From: Lama glama
Taxonomy: Eukaryota
Assembly (NCBI GenBank): GCA_028534125.1
Contig: CM052832.1
Location: 6,016,001-6,080,000, forward strand
Direction: 5' to 3'
DNA length: 64,000 bases
Shown here: positions 52,006-64,000 of the stretch, one piece after another
Layout of the letters: the number at the start of each line of letters is the position of its first letter
Position numbering within the stretch: position 1 is the stretch's first letter
The notes under the pieces: model-generated
The model's input: only the letters and a program-made list of their open reading frames with translations
What the model was told of the DNA's origin: nothing
Databases searched by the model: none
Program-made: the position numbers and the translations under genes

Positions 52006-52496
52006 TGAAGTAATAATAAGAAGAAAGAGGAGGTGAAGGAATAGGAAATTTTAAATGCAGGAAGATAAAATAACAGTAGCTGTATAAAGCATGAGTTAAA
52101 GTATTCTAAGGTCTTTGCATGATACAGAAGGAGAATAAAGGTAGTAATTAACATTAGATTTTTAAAAGCTAAAAATGCATGTGCTAATCACTAAAATAAC
52201 AGAGTATCAAAATGCCAAACCAAAAACATAAAAAACCCAGAAACAAAATCCTGACTTGCAGTTTCAGCTCCAACGTGGAAGAAGCTTGGAAGTTGTCGCT
52301 CCCACACTTACAATAAGAAAAAAGTTAAACAAATGGAAAATCAAAGACTTTCCCTGGATGCATCAGAGAACTGAGGACACAGGCAAACCACCACCTCAAG
52401 ATAATGGATAGACAGGCATATCCAGAGAGTCATAGCTAAGATCTACCCGATCATCTCAAGCAGAAACCACTGGAGTAGTAAACTGGCAGGAACACT

Positions 52497-52949
52497 GCAG
52501 GCATTAGTTTCCCCAGGCTGTCATAACAAACTATCACAAATTAGGTAATTTAAAACAATAAAACTTACTTATTCTCTCACAGTTATAGCTCTGGTGGCCA
52601 GAATATAAAATTGAGGTATCAACAGGGTTGGATCTTTCTGAAGACTGGGAAAGAACTATCTGGCCTTCTAGGGACTGCCAGCTATCTCTGGCATTCCTTG
52701 GCTTGCATAATTCCAACCTCTGCCTCCATCTGCATGTGGCCCTCCCTTTCTTTGTCTCTGTCTCAAATCTCCCCCTCACTCTTAATGAGGACATGAGTCA
52801 CTGGATTTATGGCCAATCCTAAATCTAGGATATCATCTTTAAATTCTTAACTACATCTGCAAAGACTATTTCCAAATAATGTCACATTCATTCACACCTG
52901 GGCTTAGGACTTGGACATCATTTGGCGGGCAAAAAGTCAATCCACTACA
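52497..52949 (-). mobile_element. MLT1 (B/C-like) MaLR solo LTR inserted in an old L1 5' region
   Basis: ttagtttccccaggctgtcataacaaac, cattccttggcttgca, acatctgcaaagactatttccaaataa, ends tccactaca. Confidence 0.85.
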
Positions 52950-54378
52950 AAAACTTAAACAGTAATTCTGATGAAGCGCTGGAGGCTGAGTGTGGAATAG
53001 CACGAGAGTAGAAAACTTCTGCCGACCAGAAGGCTTAGGGGAGCCCCCATACTTTTGTAGGTTTTACTTCCAGGAACTCCACTAGGGTCTCACAGTGAAG
53101 CACCTATGTAGACCTCCTTGTGGTTCTGGCAAAGAGGAAGGGAAAAGTAATTATTGTGAAATAACCAGTAACAAAAACAAAGACCTACTCTCCAGGAAAA
53201 AGACTTCACTAGGTCCTGATCCCCACCTGTGGAAAGGGTATAAAGGCATTTTCTCTGATTCCAGCCCACTCTTACCTTTCTATCTTATACAGGGAGGTGG
53301 ATGGCGGGGCAGAGTGGATGTAAAAAAGACATCAAAGTCCCAGGACGCAGATTCACAACTCTGAGATTTAACTATAAGATTGTAAGATGCTTCCTCTTCC
53401 AGAAATCTCACCACACCAATGAGGCTCCATTATATTAACAGTTAATTACCACTGAAAGAGTTGCATAATGCAGATTCTATCTGAGAAGGAGTTCTTAGGG
53501 AAACCCAAAGACAGCAGAGGAAATGAAAACAAGGACACTAAAGGAATTTGATGCCTCTGGCACCTACAGCTGGAAAAAAATATCAAAAACAGTACAACTC
53601 CTAGGCAGATTAATATAAAACCTCACACTGAAGACCTGTTTATGTCCACTCCTTTTACCTAATACGAGACTGTGACTACAAAGGGATGGCAAAAAGAAGC
53701 TTTTAAAGATAATAGAACTGCCCTGTACCTGGATTGTGTGCTGGTTATAAGAATCCACATGTGTTAAAATTAACAGAAATGTATACTCCCCCCAAAATCC
53801 ATTTTCCTATATGACAGTTCAACAAAAAGAAATAAAAAGGAACAGTAAGACAACTGTGGAGATGTGCAAAATCTTTATAATGCTATTAAGAGCAAAAAGT
53901 TTTTAGTATTTCTGACATCAGGGATATGGTTAAACAAAGTATGTTACTTCCATACAATATAATGTAGTCATAGAAAGATGTTCATGATCAATGAAAGGGA
54001 TGTTATAAAATAAAATGTATCATATCATCTTATTTTTCCTACACACACACACTGGGTTATATACCACAGGAAAACTTCGCAAAGATATATACCACAACAA
54101 TAGGGAAGTATCTCTGGGTGGGCTTTTCCCCTCATTCTCATTATTGACATTGTTTTACTATTCTATGAAAAATATAAATTATGTAGTTTCAACAGCAAAA
54201 ATTTAATTATAAAAATAGACATACAAAAATCTTAAGCAGCCACGTGTCAAACAACAGGTAACTAGTTAAATTAAATATGGTAATACTATACAAGGGTGTA
54301 AGATTTAATTACAAAAGACACAGTTTAGGAAAATATGAACAATAAAATTTCAAGTGAATAAGGCAAGAGACCAAACTA

Positions 54379-57093
54379 TAGTTGATCCTTGAACAGCATG
54401 GGTTTGAACTGTGTGGGTCCACTTATACATGGACTTTTTTCAATTAACATAATATAATGGAAAAAATTTTGGAGGTTTTTGACCATTGTTCAAAATAAAA
54501 AAGGAAATTTGTGAAGCATCACTGAAGCTACACCAGCGTAGTGAAACCCCTGCACTTATTGCGAATACCTTTTTATCTCATAATGAAAATGCAACTTTTA
54601 ATTCAGGATTGCTATGGGAAAGGCACACCTACAGACTCTAATATGATTCAAGAAAAAAAGCAAAGTCATTACGTGACAATCTAAAGCAAGAGGAGAGGAA
54701 GGGGTCTAGAGCTGGAGAATTTACTGCCAGCAAAGGATGGTTTGATAATTTTAGAAAGAGGTTTGGCTTAAAATAGTCAAGATAATAGGAGGAGCAGCTT
54801 CTGCTGGCCAAGAGACAGCCGAAGAGCTCCCAGGTGCCACTGGGAAAATCACTGAGGAGAAAGGATTGTCTGAAAAGGTTTTAAGTGTAGACAAGGTACC
54901 CTATTCCGGTTAAAAAAAAAAAAATGTCACAAAAGACATGTACTATTAGAGAGAGAGAGAGAGAAGCAAGCACCAGGATTTAAAGCAGGAAATGACAGGC
55001 TAACCACTGTTTTGTGCAAATGCCGTCAGGTTTGTGATCAAGACTGCCCTCATTATAAAGCTGCTAACTCCTGAGCCTTGACGGGAAAAGATAAACACCA
55101 GCTGCCAGTCTTTTGGTTGTACAAGAAGGCCTGGATAAGAACCCAATCCACAGAAAGGACTGGCTCCATCGATGCGCCATCCCTTAATTCAGGAAGTACC
55201 TTGCCAGGAAAAGACTACTTTTTAAAATTCTTTTGATATTAGATAATGTCCCCTCACCACCCAGAACTCCATGAGTTCAACAACGAAGGTGCCAAAGTTG
55301 TCTCCTTGCCCCCAACACAACGTCTCCAATTCAGCCTCCAGATCAGGGGGTCCAAGGACCTTTAAGGCGCACCACACGTAATACTCTATGGAAAAGACTG
55401 TCAACACCGGCAGAAAGGAAACTCAATAAGAGATAATGAACGTCTGGAAGGATTACACCATTGAAGATGCCACTGTTGCTATGAGAAAGCCGTGAAAGCC
55501 ATCAAGCCCAAAACAATACATCTCTGCTGAAGAAAACTGTCCAGATGATGTACACGACTTCACAGCCATTCACAACAGCGGCAATCGAGGAAATCATTAA
55601 AGGGTGCAGACACAGCCAAAAAGGTGCTGGGTGAAAGGTTTCAAGATACGGATCCTAGAGAAATTCAAGAGCTAACAGACACCACACCAGAGGAATTAAC
55701 AGAAGACAGCTTGATGGAGATGAATGCTTCCAAACCGGTGCCAGACAGTAAGAAGAAAACAGGGAAGCAGCAGTGCCAGACGCCAAACTGACATTAGACA
55801 ATGAAGTAGAAGGGTTCTGATTTTATTCAAGACTGCATTTGACTTCTTTATGAGCTGGATCCTCCTATGATACAGGCACTGAAACTAAAGCAAACAGTGG
55901 AAGAAGGACTGGTACCTATAAAAACATTTTTAGAAAAATGAAAAAGCAAAAAAGTCAGACAAAAATTATGATGATTCTCCATAATGTTATATCATGTGTG
56001 CCTGCTCTCCTGCCTCCCCTTCCAACCCTTCCGCCTCGTCCGTCTCTGCCACCCAAGACAGCAAGACCAAACCCTCCTCTTCCTCCTCCTCCTCACAGCC
56101 CACTCAACATAAAGACCTTTAATGATAACCCACTCCCACTTAATGAATAGTAAATAATCACCATGGTTTACAGCTAATAAACTTATCTGCTGTGTGTCTT
56201 CACGTGCAAATCTCATAACTGTACAACAAAAACTGTGTGAGACATTTCTGTGTCATCATCATCGTCACCTAAATATTCATCATGTGGAACATGTGTGCAA
56301 GACTTTTATTGAAGTGGATAACCTCACCTCACATAGGTATAGGTGATATTTAACATAAAGTTAATAATGTCTTAGTGTTGTTACTGTTTTATAACTCTGC
56401 TTTCAAAGAATTATATTACCATACAGTACGCCTCTCTCTCTTAATTAGAGAAAACGTGTATTAGGGTATCATCCCAGGTTAGTGGGTTTTTTTTTTAATG
56501 TAACAATGTTTCCATACTATATTGTGAATATGACTGTAATATTATACGTCAATTTTACAACAGTGTATTCCAGCAACCGTTATCAATTACACTAGGCTAT
56601 CAAAGGCATTAATACTGCTGCTTCTTCATTATCAATGCGTAAATCATTATACCTATAAATATGAATTCCTTTTTCATATTATCTTTTCATTTTTTATGTC
56701 CAGTGTTAGCAATACATACAATGTCTATAGTGTTCTGTATCATAAAGACAATACTGATGTAGCTACAGATTGATGATTCATCTTGGAAGCAGATAACATA
56801 AACTTATGCTGTCAATAAATACAGTACTATAAATGCGTTTTCTCTTCTTTATGATTTTCTTAACATTTTCTTTTCCCTAGCTTATTTTATTGCAGTATAT
56901 AATATATGTAACATACAAAATAAATGAAAATCAACTGCTTATGTTATTAGCAAAGTTTCTAGTCAACAGCAGGCTAGTAGCAATTAAGTCGAGGAGGAGT
57001 CAAGTTATTAAAACTAAAAATTAAAAACACAAGATTTTCAACACTGTGGGGGGGTCAGCACCCCTAACTCCCACACTGTTCAAGGGTCAACTG
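54379..57093 (+). mobile_element. Tigger2-family DNA transposon, both ends intact, degenerate pogo-like transposase
   Basis: TIRs tagttgatccttgaaca ... tgttcaagggtcaactg with TA on both sides; transposase remnants ASKGWFDNFRKRFGL, FKILLILDN, LPPTQ, VWKDYTIEDA with stops and frameshifts. Confidence 0.92.
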
Positions 57094-59325
57094 TATACGT
57101 AAAGTATGAACCAAATCTGTAAAATGTATTTACTTTTTAAGACCTGAAATACATCAAAATAGCTGTTCATTCTGTAGAATTTTACAGGTCTTTTTCTCCT
57201 CAATTCTCTCTGTATTTTTTAAACCTCCTAGGATGAACTGATGTTGGTTTTACAATCAGAAAGATGTCACTAATGCTGGTATCCTTTAGTGTACCATATT
57301 TAGGGAATGTTAGTGAGGCAGAACTTCAAATATGCAAGTGTTCCTTACTGTAATGTCACTCTTTCCCAATGAGGATTTTGTTCCGAGGTAATACAGGAGG
57401 GTATCTGATGCTATGTCCCACAGTATATACACTGAAACATTTCACCTAGTTGGACAGCCAGTTAGAGCCATCTGGGATATGTTTCAACCCGAAAGGAATC
57501 ATTAAAGTCATAAATCTCATCTATCCCACTCTCTGATAAAATTCTACCATTCTATTATCAAGATCAAACTCAATACAAAAAGGTTAATGCCAATCTAACC
57601 ACATCAACCTACTATCTTAGAAACCACAAATTCCATAAAACAAATCATATGGAACAAGAATCCCTGACTTACAAATGCACTGTTTTGCAAGGCTGACTAT
57701 TTACTCAATTTTAAAGTGCTACTTGCCCTTAGCCATCTATTTAATTATAATGTGTATATGTGGATATGAGAATTGTTAAACACTTCAGTGTCCTTTGTAA
57801 TATGTTTACATATAATATGTGTACATACACAATGTACACAATATTTATTACATACAGTATACAAAATGGTCTTAAAAATATTACAATGAGTTATGAAGGG
57901 TATGATAAAAAATATGTTCCAGCAGTAACTATCAGGTCAGTACAATGAACTCCTCTTTAAATAATGTTCAATTATTTTTTATTTTTATCACCTTGCAGAA
58001 TTATACTGAGTTGACTTTCATACCTGTTATCCACTTTATTTTAATTAAATCTTTATTCAAGTCCAACTTTCATTTTAACACAGTCCATGTTTTTTCTGGT
58101 GAAATTAACTTATGCATTAAAAATCAGTTTGTAGTAAGAGCTATTTTTATACACATGTTAAAGTAGATTCTTTTTGAAATTTTTCTCAGATAATCAAACT
58201 ATATTAAAAAAAAAACCCAACACTAACATCTCACTTATTAGAGCTAAATGAACCAGATCTTCCTGAAGACAGTAAACTTCAAAATAAATTCTTCCGAGGT
58301 ATCCGGGGATATTTTTACCCATGTCTGAATAGCCATCCTAGTACAAGACTGAGATTACGTGCATTTAACTGATCAGTGCTACTCAGTGATCTCAAACAGC
58401 ACTAGCCCGTGTATGGTTAACTTATCCAGCAATCCATTTCCAAAGCATCTCAAAAGACTGAATACCTCAAAGAAGCCTATCAGGATGAACAATGAAAAAT
58501 AAACTGGAGCCACAAGAGATTACAGAATACACAAAGAGATCTGTCAACTCAACACTCTAAAAAAGAGATGCTGTAGAGAGTTGGGTCAGACTCAGCAGCC
58601 CAGAGGCATGTGAGAACTTGTGAAACTGGGCTGGTTCTTGGATATGCCATGAAGTTCCAAGCCTAAAAATCGCAATGAAATCGGTAAGTTTCTATTAAAA
58701 AAAAATTACTCAAGAGACTTTTTTTAAAGTAACAGATCAATAATCCAGGAATAAAATCAAAGTAGTCTAAAAAAAGGACCTCAAAAATCAGTTACCAAAA
58801 ATAGACAGCTTGTTTTAAAGGTTAAGTCTTTCAAAACTATTGCAGAACACAAAACAAGGCTACAAAGCTTCACTATTTTAAACTAATCAGTTTTGAAATA
58901 ATGTGAATGCTACTAAGACCAAAGATTGCACCCAGAAATGTACCCTCTCAAATAGATAAGGTTCTAAATAAAATGTCAATAAAGGGAATTCAATACATAA
59001 TTAGATAATTAGCTACCACAAATAGGCAAGGTCTATCATGGGATAGGTTTAATCTTGGAAAATCTAATTTATCATATAAATAGATGTAAAAAGAAAAACC
59101 AAATGATTCACAGATTCTAAAATAGCATTCAATAAGAATTAGCCTTTGTTTATATGTGTGTGTAAACCTAATTCCTCTGGTCCCAGTAAAAAGTTCCCAG
59201 CATGAAGTCTTTACTTTTAAGCTTTACCCCAGAAAACATAAGCTTTGGGGCTAAAATAGCAACTCAGTTTCTCTCAGGATAACTGGATTTATAACATGTA
59301 AATCCAGAGCTAATTTATATTAGGG

Positions 59326-59549
59326 CGATGGTTCTCAACCAAGATAATTTTGCCCCATAGGGGACACTTTGGCAATGTCTGGAGGTATTTTTGGCCGTTA
59401 CAACTCAGGGAATGCTACTGGCATCTACTGAGAAGAGGCTAAGGATGCTGGTAAGCATCCATCAGAACATGAGGCAGACACCTCCCTCCCCCACAAGTCA
59501 TTTCCAGCCCAAAATGTCAACACAAAACTGTCAGGGTTTAAAACCTCTG
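59326..59549. mobile_element. MER20 hAT-Charlie MITE
   Basis: atggttctcaacc...ttttgcccc...ttggcaatgtctggag...tgctactggcatcta...cagcccaaaatgtcaa. Confidence 0.85.
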
Positions 59550-61724
59550 TATAAGGGGAACATGACACATACAGAATTTCATCTCATACCATATCCCACA
59601 AATTCTGAGTAAAAAAGAACTCAACACTCTCTTTCTCTGTCTCAAACAAAAGGAAGTGAGCAGGAGGAAGGCAAGGAGGGAGGGAAGGAAATGGAAGTGA
59701 ATATCAAAATTGCGGAGATAGAAGAAATTTCTAAACTAAAGCAAACAAAACAATCAAAATTTCAAAGCCAACAAGTTGAAAACTGCTGAATACTTGCAGC
59801 AAACAAGACAAAGAATTAAAAGTATCTGTAGGAACCAAAAAGAAAACTATGAAAAACTAGACTGAAAAACAAGTAAAAGAAAGTGAAGTATTTAAAAAGT
59901 ACACTAAGCCACTCTAAGAACTTAACCCTCACTTTAAAAAAAAAACAAAAACAAAAGAAACATTTTTACTTAACAACTTGGCTGTGGGAAGGGGTGGGAG
60001 GTAGTGCTGGTGGAGTATGTTTTTAAAACATTTAATTTGAAAATAGTGATCTTTTTTAAAATAAGAATGTCTGAAAACCAAGCTTAAAAATCCTAAAATC
60101 CAGAAGTTTTTTTTAAAAGATTATGCACAGACACATTAATGGCAATACTACAGAAGCTTTCTGACTGTTCTGCCCTAATAAACACGTATTTTTTGATAAT
60201 GAAGTATCACTTCATGAAAAAAATAATGTCAACAATTGACACATATTCCAAACAGGTCTGATTTGTATGAGCATTCACGAGGGAACGTTTACTTTGCTTT
60301 GGGTCAGTGCAATATAGGTAAGTGGCACAATGGCATCTAACTGGGTCTGTCAAGTGAACCTCATTTACATTATAGCACTGGTTATATTAGTCCACTGAGT
60401 AGTAACCTTTATTACATCAAAGGACAAACTACACAGTTACACAAAAATTAACAAAAACATACTTCACTATGGAAAAACTGTAAGCTTTATTGCCAAAGAA
60501 GTAGTAATATGATAAATACACTTCCATGGTTCTACCTCTTATTTTCTATCAAAAAAAACATTTTTAGTTTTTATTTCCAGGATTAAATATTTATTTTTTA
60601 CCATAAACCAAAAAATTTTTACTAGAAACATACTCCAGGACTATCTTTATAATAAATGGAGAAATGAAAAATTGATGAACACTGCTTAATGTCATTAACC
60701 AATGATATTTCATGATATGGGTCCCCTACAGCTACCCAGGATCTGTGAGTAAAAATACTAATAAAAAGAACAGTATCATCCGTGAAGTCCTTTTAGCTGT
60801 ATGTATAATATTAGAATTTCTGTCATTTACTTCCTCAAGCTTGTTAAACAGAACTGATAAGCAGCATTTCTTATGTTTTTCAGCAGAGATAAGTAAATCC
60901 AGTCATTCTTAAGATATTATACATAAAACCCACCCCTCCTTTCTGAACTTCAAATAGAGTGTGAAAGTGTTATGATAAATCACAGAGAAATAAATGTGAC
61001 AATGAGTGTGAAAAAAAAAAATAGAGTGTGAAAGTTTGCCAAATACCATATACTCTTACCATATATTCAAAGGGAAGCAAAGAAAATGTGGTAAGAAAGT
61101 TTTTACACAGTATTTCATTCCTTTAAACATTACTAAATCATATCAACAGGTGACAGATATCTACAAAAATTACCTTAAGCAAAGTTTTAAAGCAGAAAAG
61201 GATTTTAATCTCACGAAAACTGATTAAAAATTAGTCCAAACCAAAGATATTGCCATGTACACGTTATTAATATCTCCTCCCAAAATAAATCCTAAAAACA
61301 ACAAACATACAAAATCTATCTAACAAGCAAATGGTGGAAAATTCACTTAAATACTCCTGACATTTTCAATCCGCTATTAACTCTGAATAAACACTAAAAA
61401 CTGGTTCTAAGCACATTAAGCCAGACTTTTTTAAAATATCAATGAATATGTCATAAAGTTTTATACGTGTCACCAAAAATATCCTATAATACCCTACTAG
61501 ACAGGTGAGTAAAAGACCAACTGTGTGTTAACACACAGTTAAAATTTGTCTTTTAAGAGAAAATCGTTCCCCAAATACATGTGTAATGCTAATTCACAAT
61601 TTTTAGGTAATAAATATTCACATTTCTTCATTTTTAAACCACATTAGGATGGACAGTCATTTCAATTCATCTTATTTGCTCAACATTCCCCTCCTTTCCC
61701 AGAATGTGCAAATTTGACCCTTCT

Positions 61725-61885
61725 CCACATCCTGTCTCTGACCTTGGGTGAGTAACAATCTCTCTAATTTTAATTTCTGAATCTGAAAAATGGGAACAAT
61801 GCTGTTCTACCCCAGAATGCTCTTATGGGATTAAATGCTTGATGAAGTGTCTAGCATTGTAAGCATTTCCTAAATGTTAATAATC
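61725..61885 (+). mobile_element. MIR SINE remnant
   Basis: tgaccttgggtgagtaac...tttctgaatctgaaaaatggg core. Confidence 0.65.
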
Positions 61886-62697
61886 AGCAAAATATCAGCT
61901 AAAGAGAAAATTTAAGCTCACCAAAAAATGGGAAGTTCTGTAAAAGATAATTTTACTCACTTTCTAAGCCAACCTTAAAAAGATAGTGAAGTTATATAGA
62001 CAACTGAAAGAACCTATAAGAATAATCAGAATCATGAAAAAAATCGAGTTATTTGAGTTTCTCCATGTTTCCAAGAATCCACCAAAAACAAACGCAGGCA
62101 TACAAAAGACAGTAACTTAATTCTTTTAATAAAATGTTTAAAACTGACAGACTTCTGAAATGTTTTCCCCATGTCATTTCTGAGAACTTATTACATCCCC
62201 AGTAATTGTGTTTTTCTTTTGAGCTCTTATCAACAGTATTCATTTCCTTATAAAATTTCATTCTTAAATCTTACTTATCTCATTAACCATTATAAACTGG
62301 AAAAACAGCTTATTATTACTCTTATTTCTAACGCTAAATTATTCACTCAACTAACAAACCAAATGTCATTCAAAAGCTTCAAATTCTCTAATAATACCAG
62401 TAGGCCAATTGCAGAAAACATTCTATTTAGAAAAAGAAATAAACTTCAAGTTTATTAGATGCAATCCATTAAACTGAGCACTTTTTCCATGAGTAAATAC
62501 ACTTGTTACTTAATTACCACTAATTAAGCATCTAATACAAAACTAATCATTAAAGCCAAAATGGTTTATTTACCATTAACAAATCCTAAAATAGTTCAGT
62601 TCTTTATGTAATAATTTATACTTGCATAACACTTTTAAAATATTTTCATGTATATTCACCAGATTCACAACAAACCTGCAAGATTTACATTCTAAAA

Positions 62698-62960
62698 CTG
62701 CACTGTCCAGCTAGTAACTACCATCCACAGGTGACTACTGAGCACTTGAATTGTGGCAAGTTCAAACTGAGATGTTATATAAATGTAAAATCACACCAGA
62801 TTTCAAAGGAAAAAAACGAACACTAATAACTTTTCATACTGACTATGCTGAAATAATGCATTTTCTTTAAAACAACATATCCAAAATACTAAAATAAATT
62901 TCACTTGCTCCTATTTATTTTTTAACATGGCTACTAGAAAATTTTTAATTATATATGTAA
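62698..62960. mobile_element. MER33/MER3-like hAT MITE
   Basis: ctgcactgtcca...gactactgagcacttgaattgtggc...catggctactagaaaattt. Confidence 0.7.
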
Positions 62961-63324
62961 TTTATCAATTTAGTATGCGTATGCCTCAAAAAAGCATATA
63001 TACTTGCTTCACAATATCCTTTAAGATGGTATAATTTTACAGTTCAAGCAACATTGCTCAAGTTATTTTAAACAAACTTTTTTGAAGCAAATTAAGCCTT
63101 TATGCCTAAGTTTATATAACATGATAAATTGGAGACTCATAAAGAAATGACTTTCATCTTCAAAATATGTAATTTCCCCTGTATTTACTAGAGCTGTGTA
63201 ACATACAAGGAGTAGGTAACCTGCAGACCCATCCAACAAGGTGTTTAATAACATAGATGGCTGATTCTCTACTAAAAGGACTTAAGAACCTCAATGAGTC
63301 ATACAGAAAGGATTAAAGAGTTTA

Positions 63325-63541
63325 CAGTTGACCCTCGAACAACATGGGGGGTAGGGAGGCCAATCCTCCTCATAGATGATAATTCAAATATTATTTACAG
63401 TTGGTCCTCCAGACCCGAAGCTCCTCATCCACAAATTCAACCAACCGCAGATCCTGTAGTACAGTGGTATTTACTACTGAAAAAAATCTGCATATAAGTG
63501 GACCCGCAAAGTTCATACCCATGTAATTCAATGGTCAACTG
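63325..63541. mobile_element. MER8-type MITE (Tigger2 ends)
   Basis: TA|cagttgaccctcgaacaac ... atggtcaactg|TA; about 217 bp. Confidence 0.85.
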
Positions 63542-64000
63542 TATTTCCAAAAACAAAGTTAGACCCCACCCACCAACATGAAACAGATCCACTTGGCAAC
63601 ATTCCGTTAGCCTGGTTTCAGTGGACATATATCAACACAGTTAAATTTTATATTATTAGTTAGACTGGCCTCCTCTCCCCAATTACTGCAAACTAAAAAC
63701 ATTACTGAATCACAGATTTAGTGGACACACAGCAGGCTGCCAATTTTCTGCCAGTTACTACGGGTATTAAAATTTTTAATAAAATAAAAATAAGTGATGT
63801 GGTCTCTGGCATCCATAAGCTCAGGACAAGTAAGGTTATTACATATGAAACAAAAGAATAACAACGGAATTTTTATTTACATTTTACTTGTATAGAATAC
63901 AAAGAATATAAGGAATTTAGGAATTTAGAGGGAGAAAGAGGTTACCCTGAGATTTAAAATACAGTCTGCATTTCCATTGGACATACGTTCTGAAATTTCT

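Noticed and set aside
4404..53660. Most L1 copies lie antisense to CD2AP
   Set aside because: This is the expected, well-known intronic orientation bias.
1..64000. CRISPR array, operon, rRNA/snoRNA or another novel multi-gene system
   Set aside because: No regularly spaced repeat-spacer array, no long non-repeat ORF outside CD2AP exons, and no RNA gene I can support; the window is explained by CD2AP plus eutherian repeats. Infernal/Rfam would be needed to exclude small intronic RNAs.

Overview
This is mammalian (eutherian) genomic DNA, very probably camelid, judging from two Vic-1-type tRNA-derived SINEs and short camelid-like L1 3' ends. The whole window lies inside CD2AP (CD2-associated protein) on the minus strand. 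Twelve coding exons (2-13 in human numbering, 1410 nt) can be read with canonical GT/AG boundaries and one continuous open frame. They encode SH3A, SH3B, SH3C and the proline-rich region; exon 1 and exons 14 onward lie outside the window. The introns hold ordinary interspersed repeats (L1, L2, MIR, MaLR LTRs, hAT and Tigger DNA transposons), microsatellites and two 500-N assembly gaps. I see no evidence of a new multi-gene system. The most unusual structures are L1 architectures: a 5'-intact, 3'-truncated, tail-less L1 bracketed by a 21-bp target-site duplication, a templated insertion inside it, and an L1 whose 5'UTR is fused directly to the end of ORF2. There are also a few speculative cryptic-exon candidates and lineage substitutions in CD2AP. 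Repeat subfamily names and human comparisons come from my recollection of consensus sequences, not from a search; repeat boundaries are approximate unless TIRs or TSDs are quoted.
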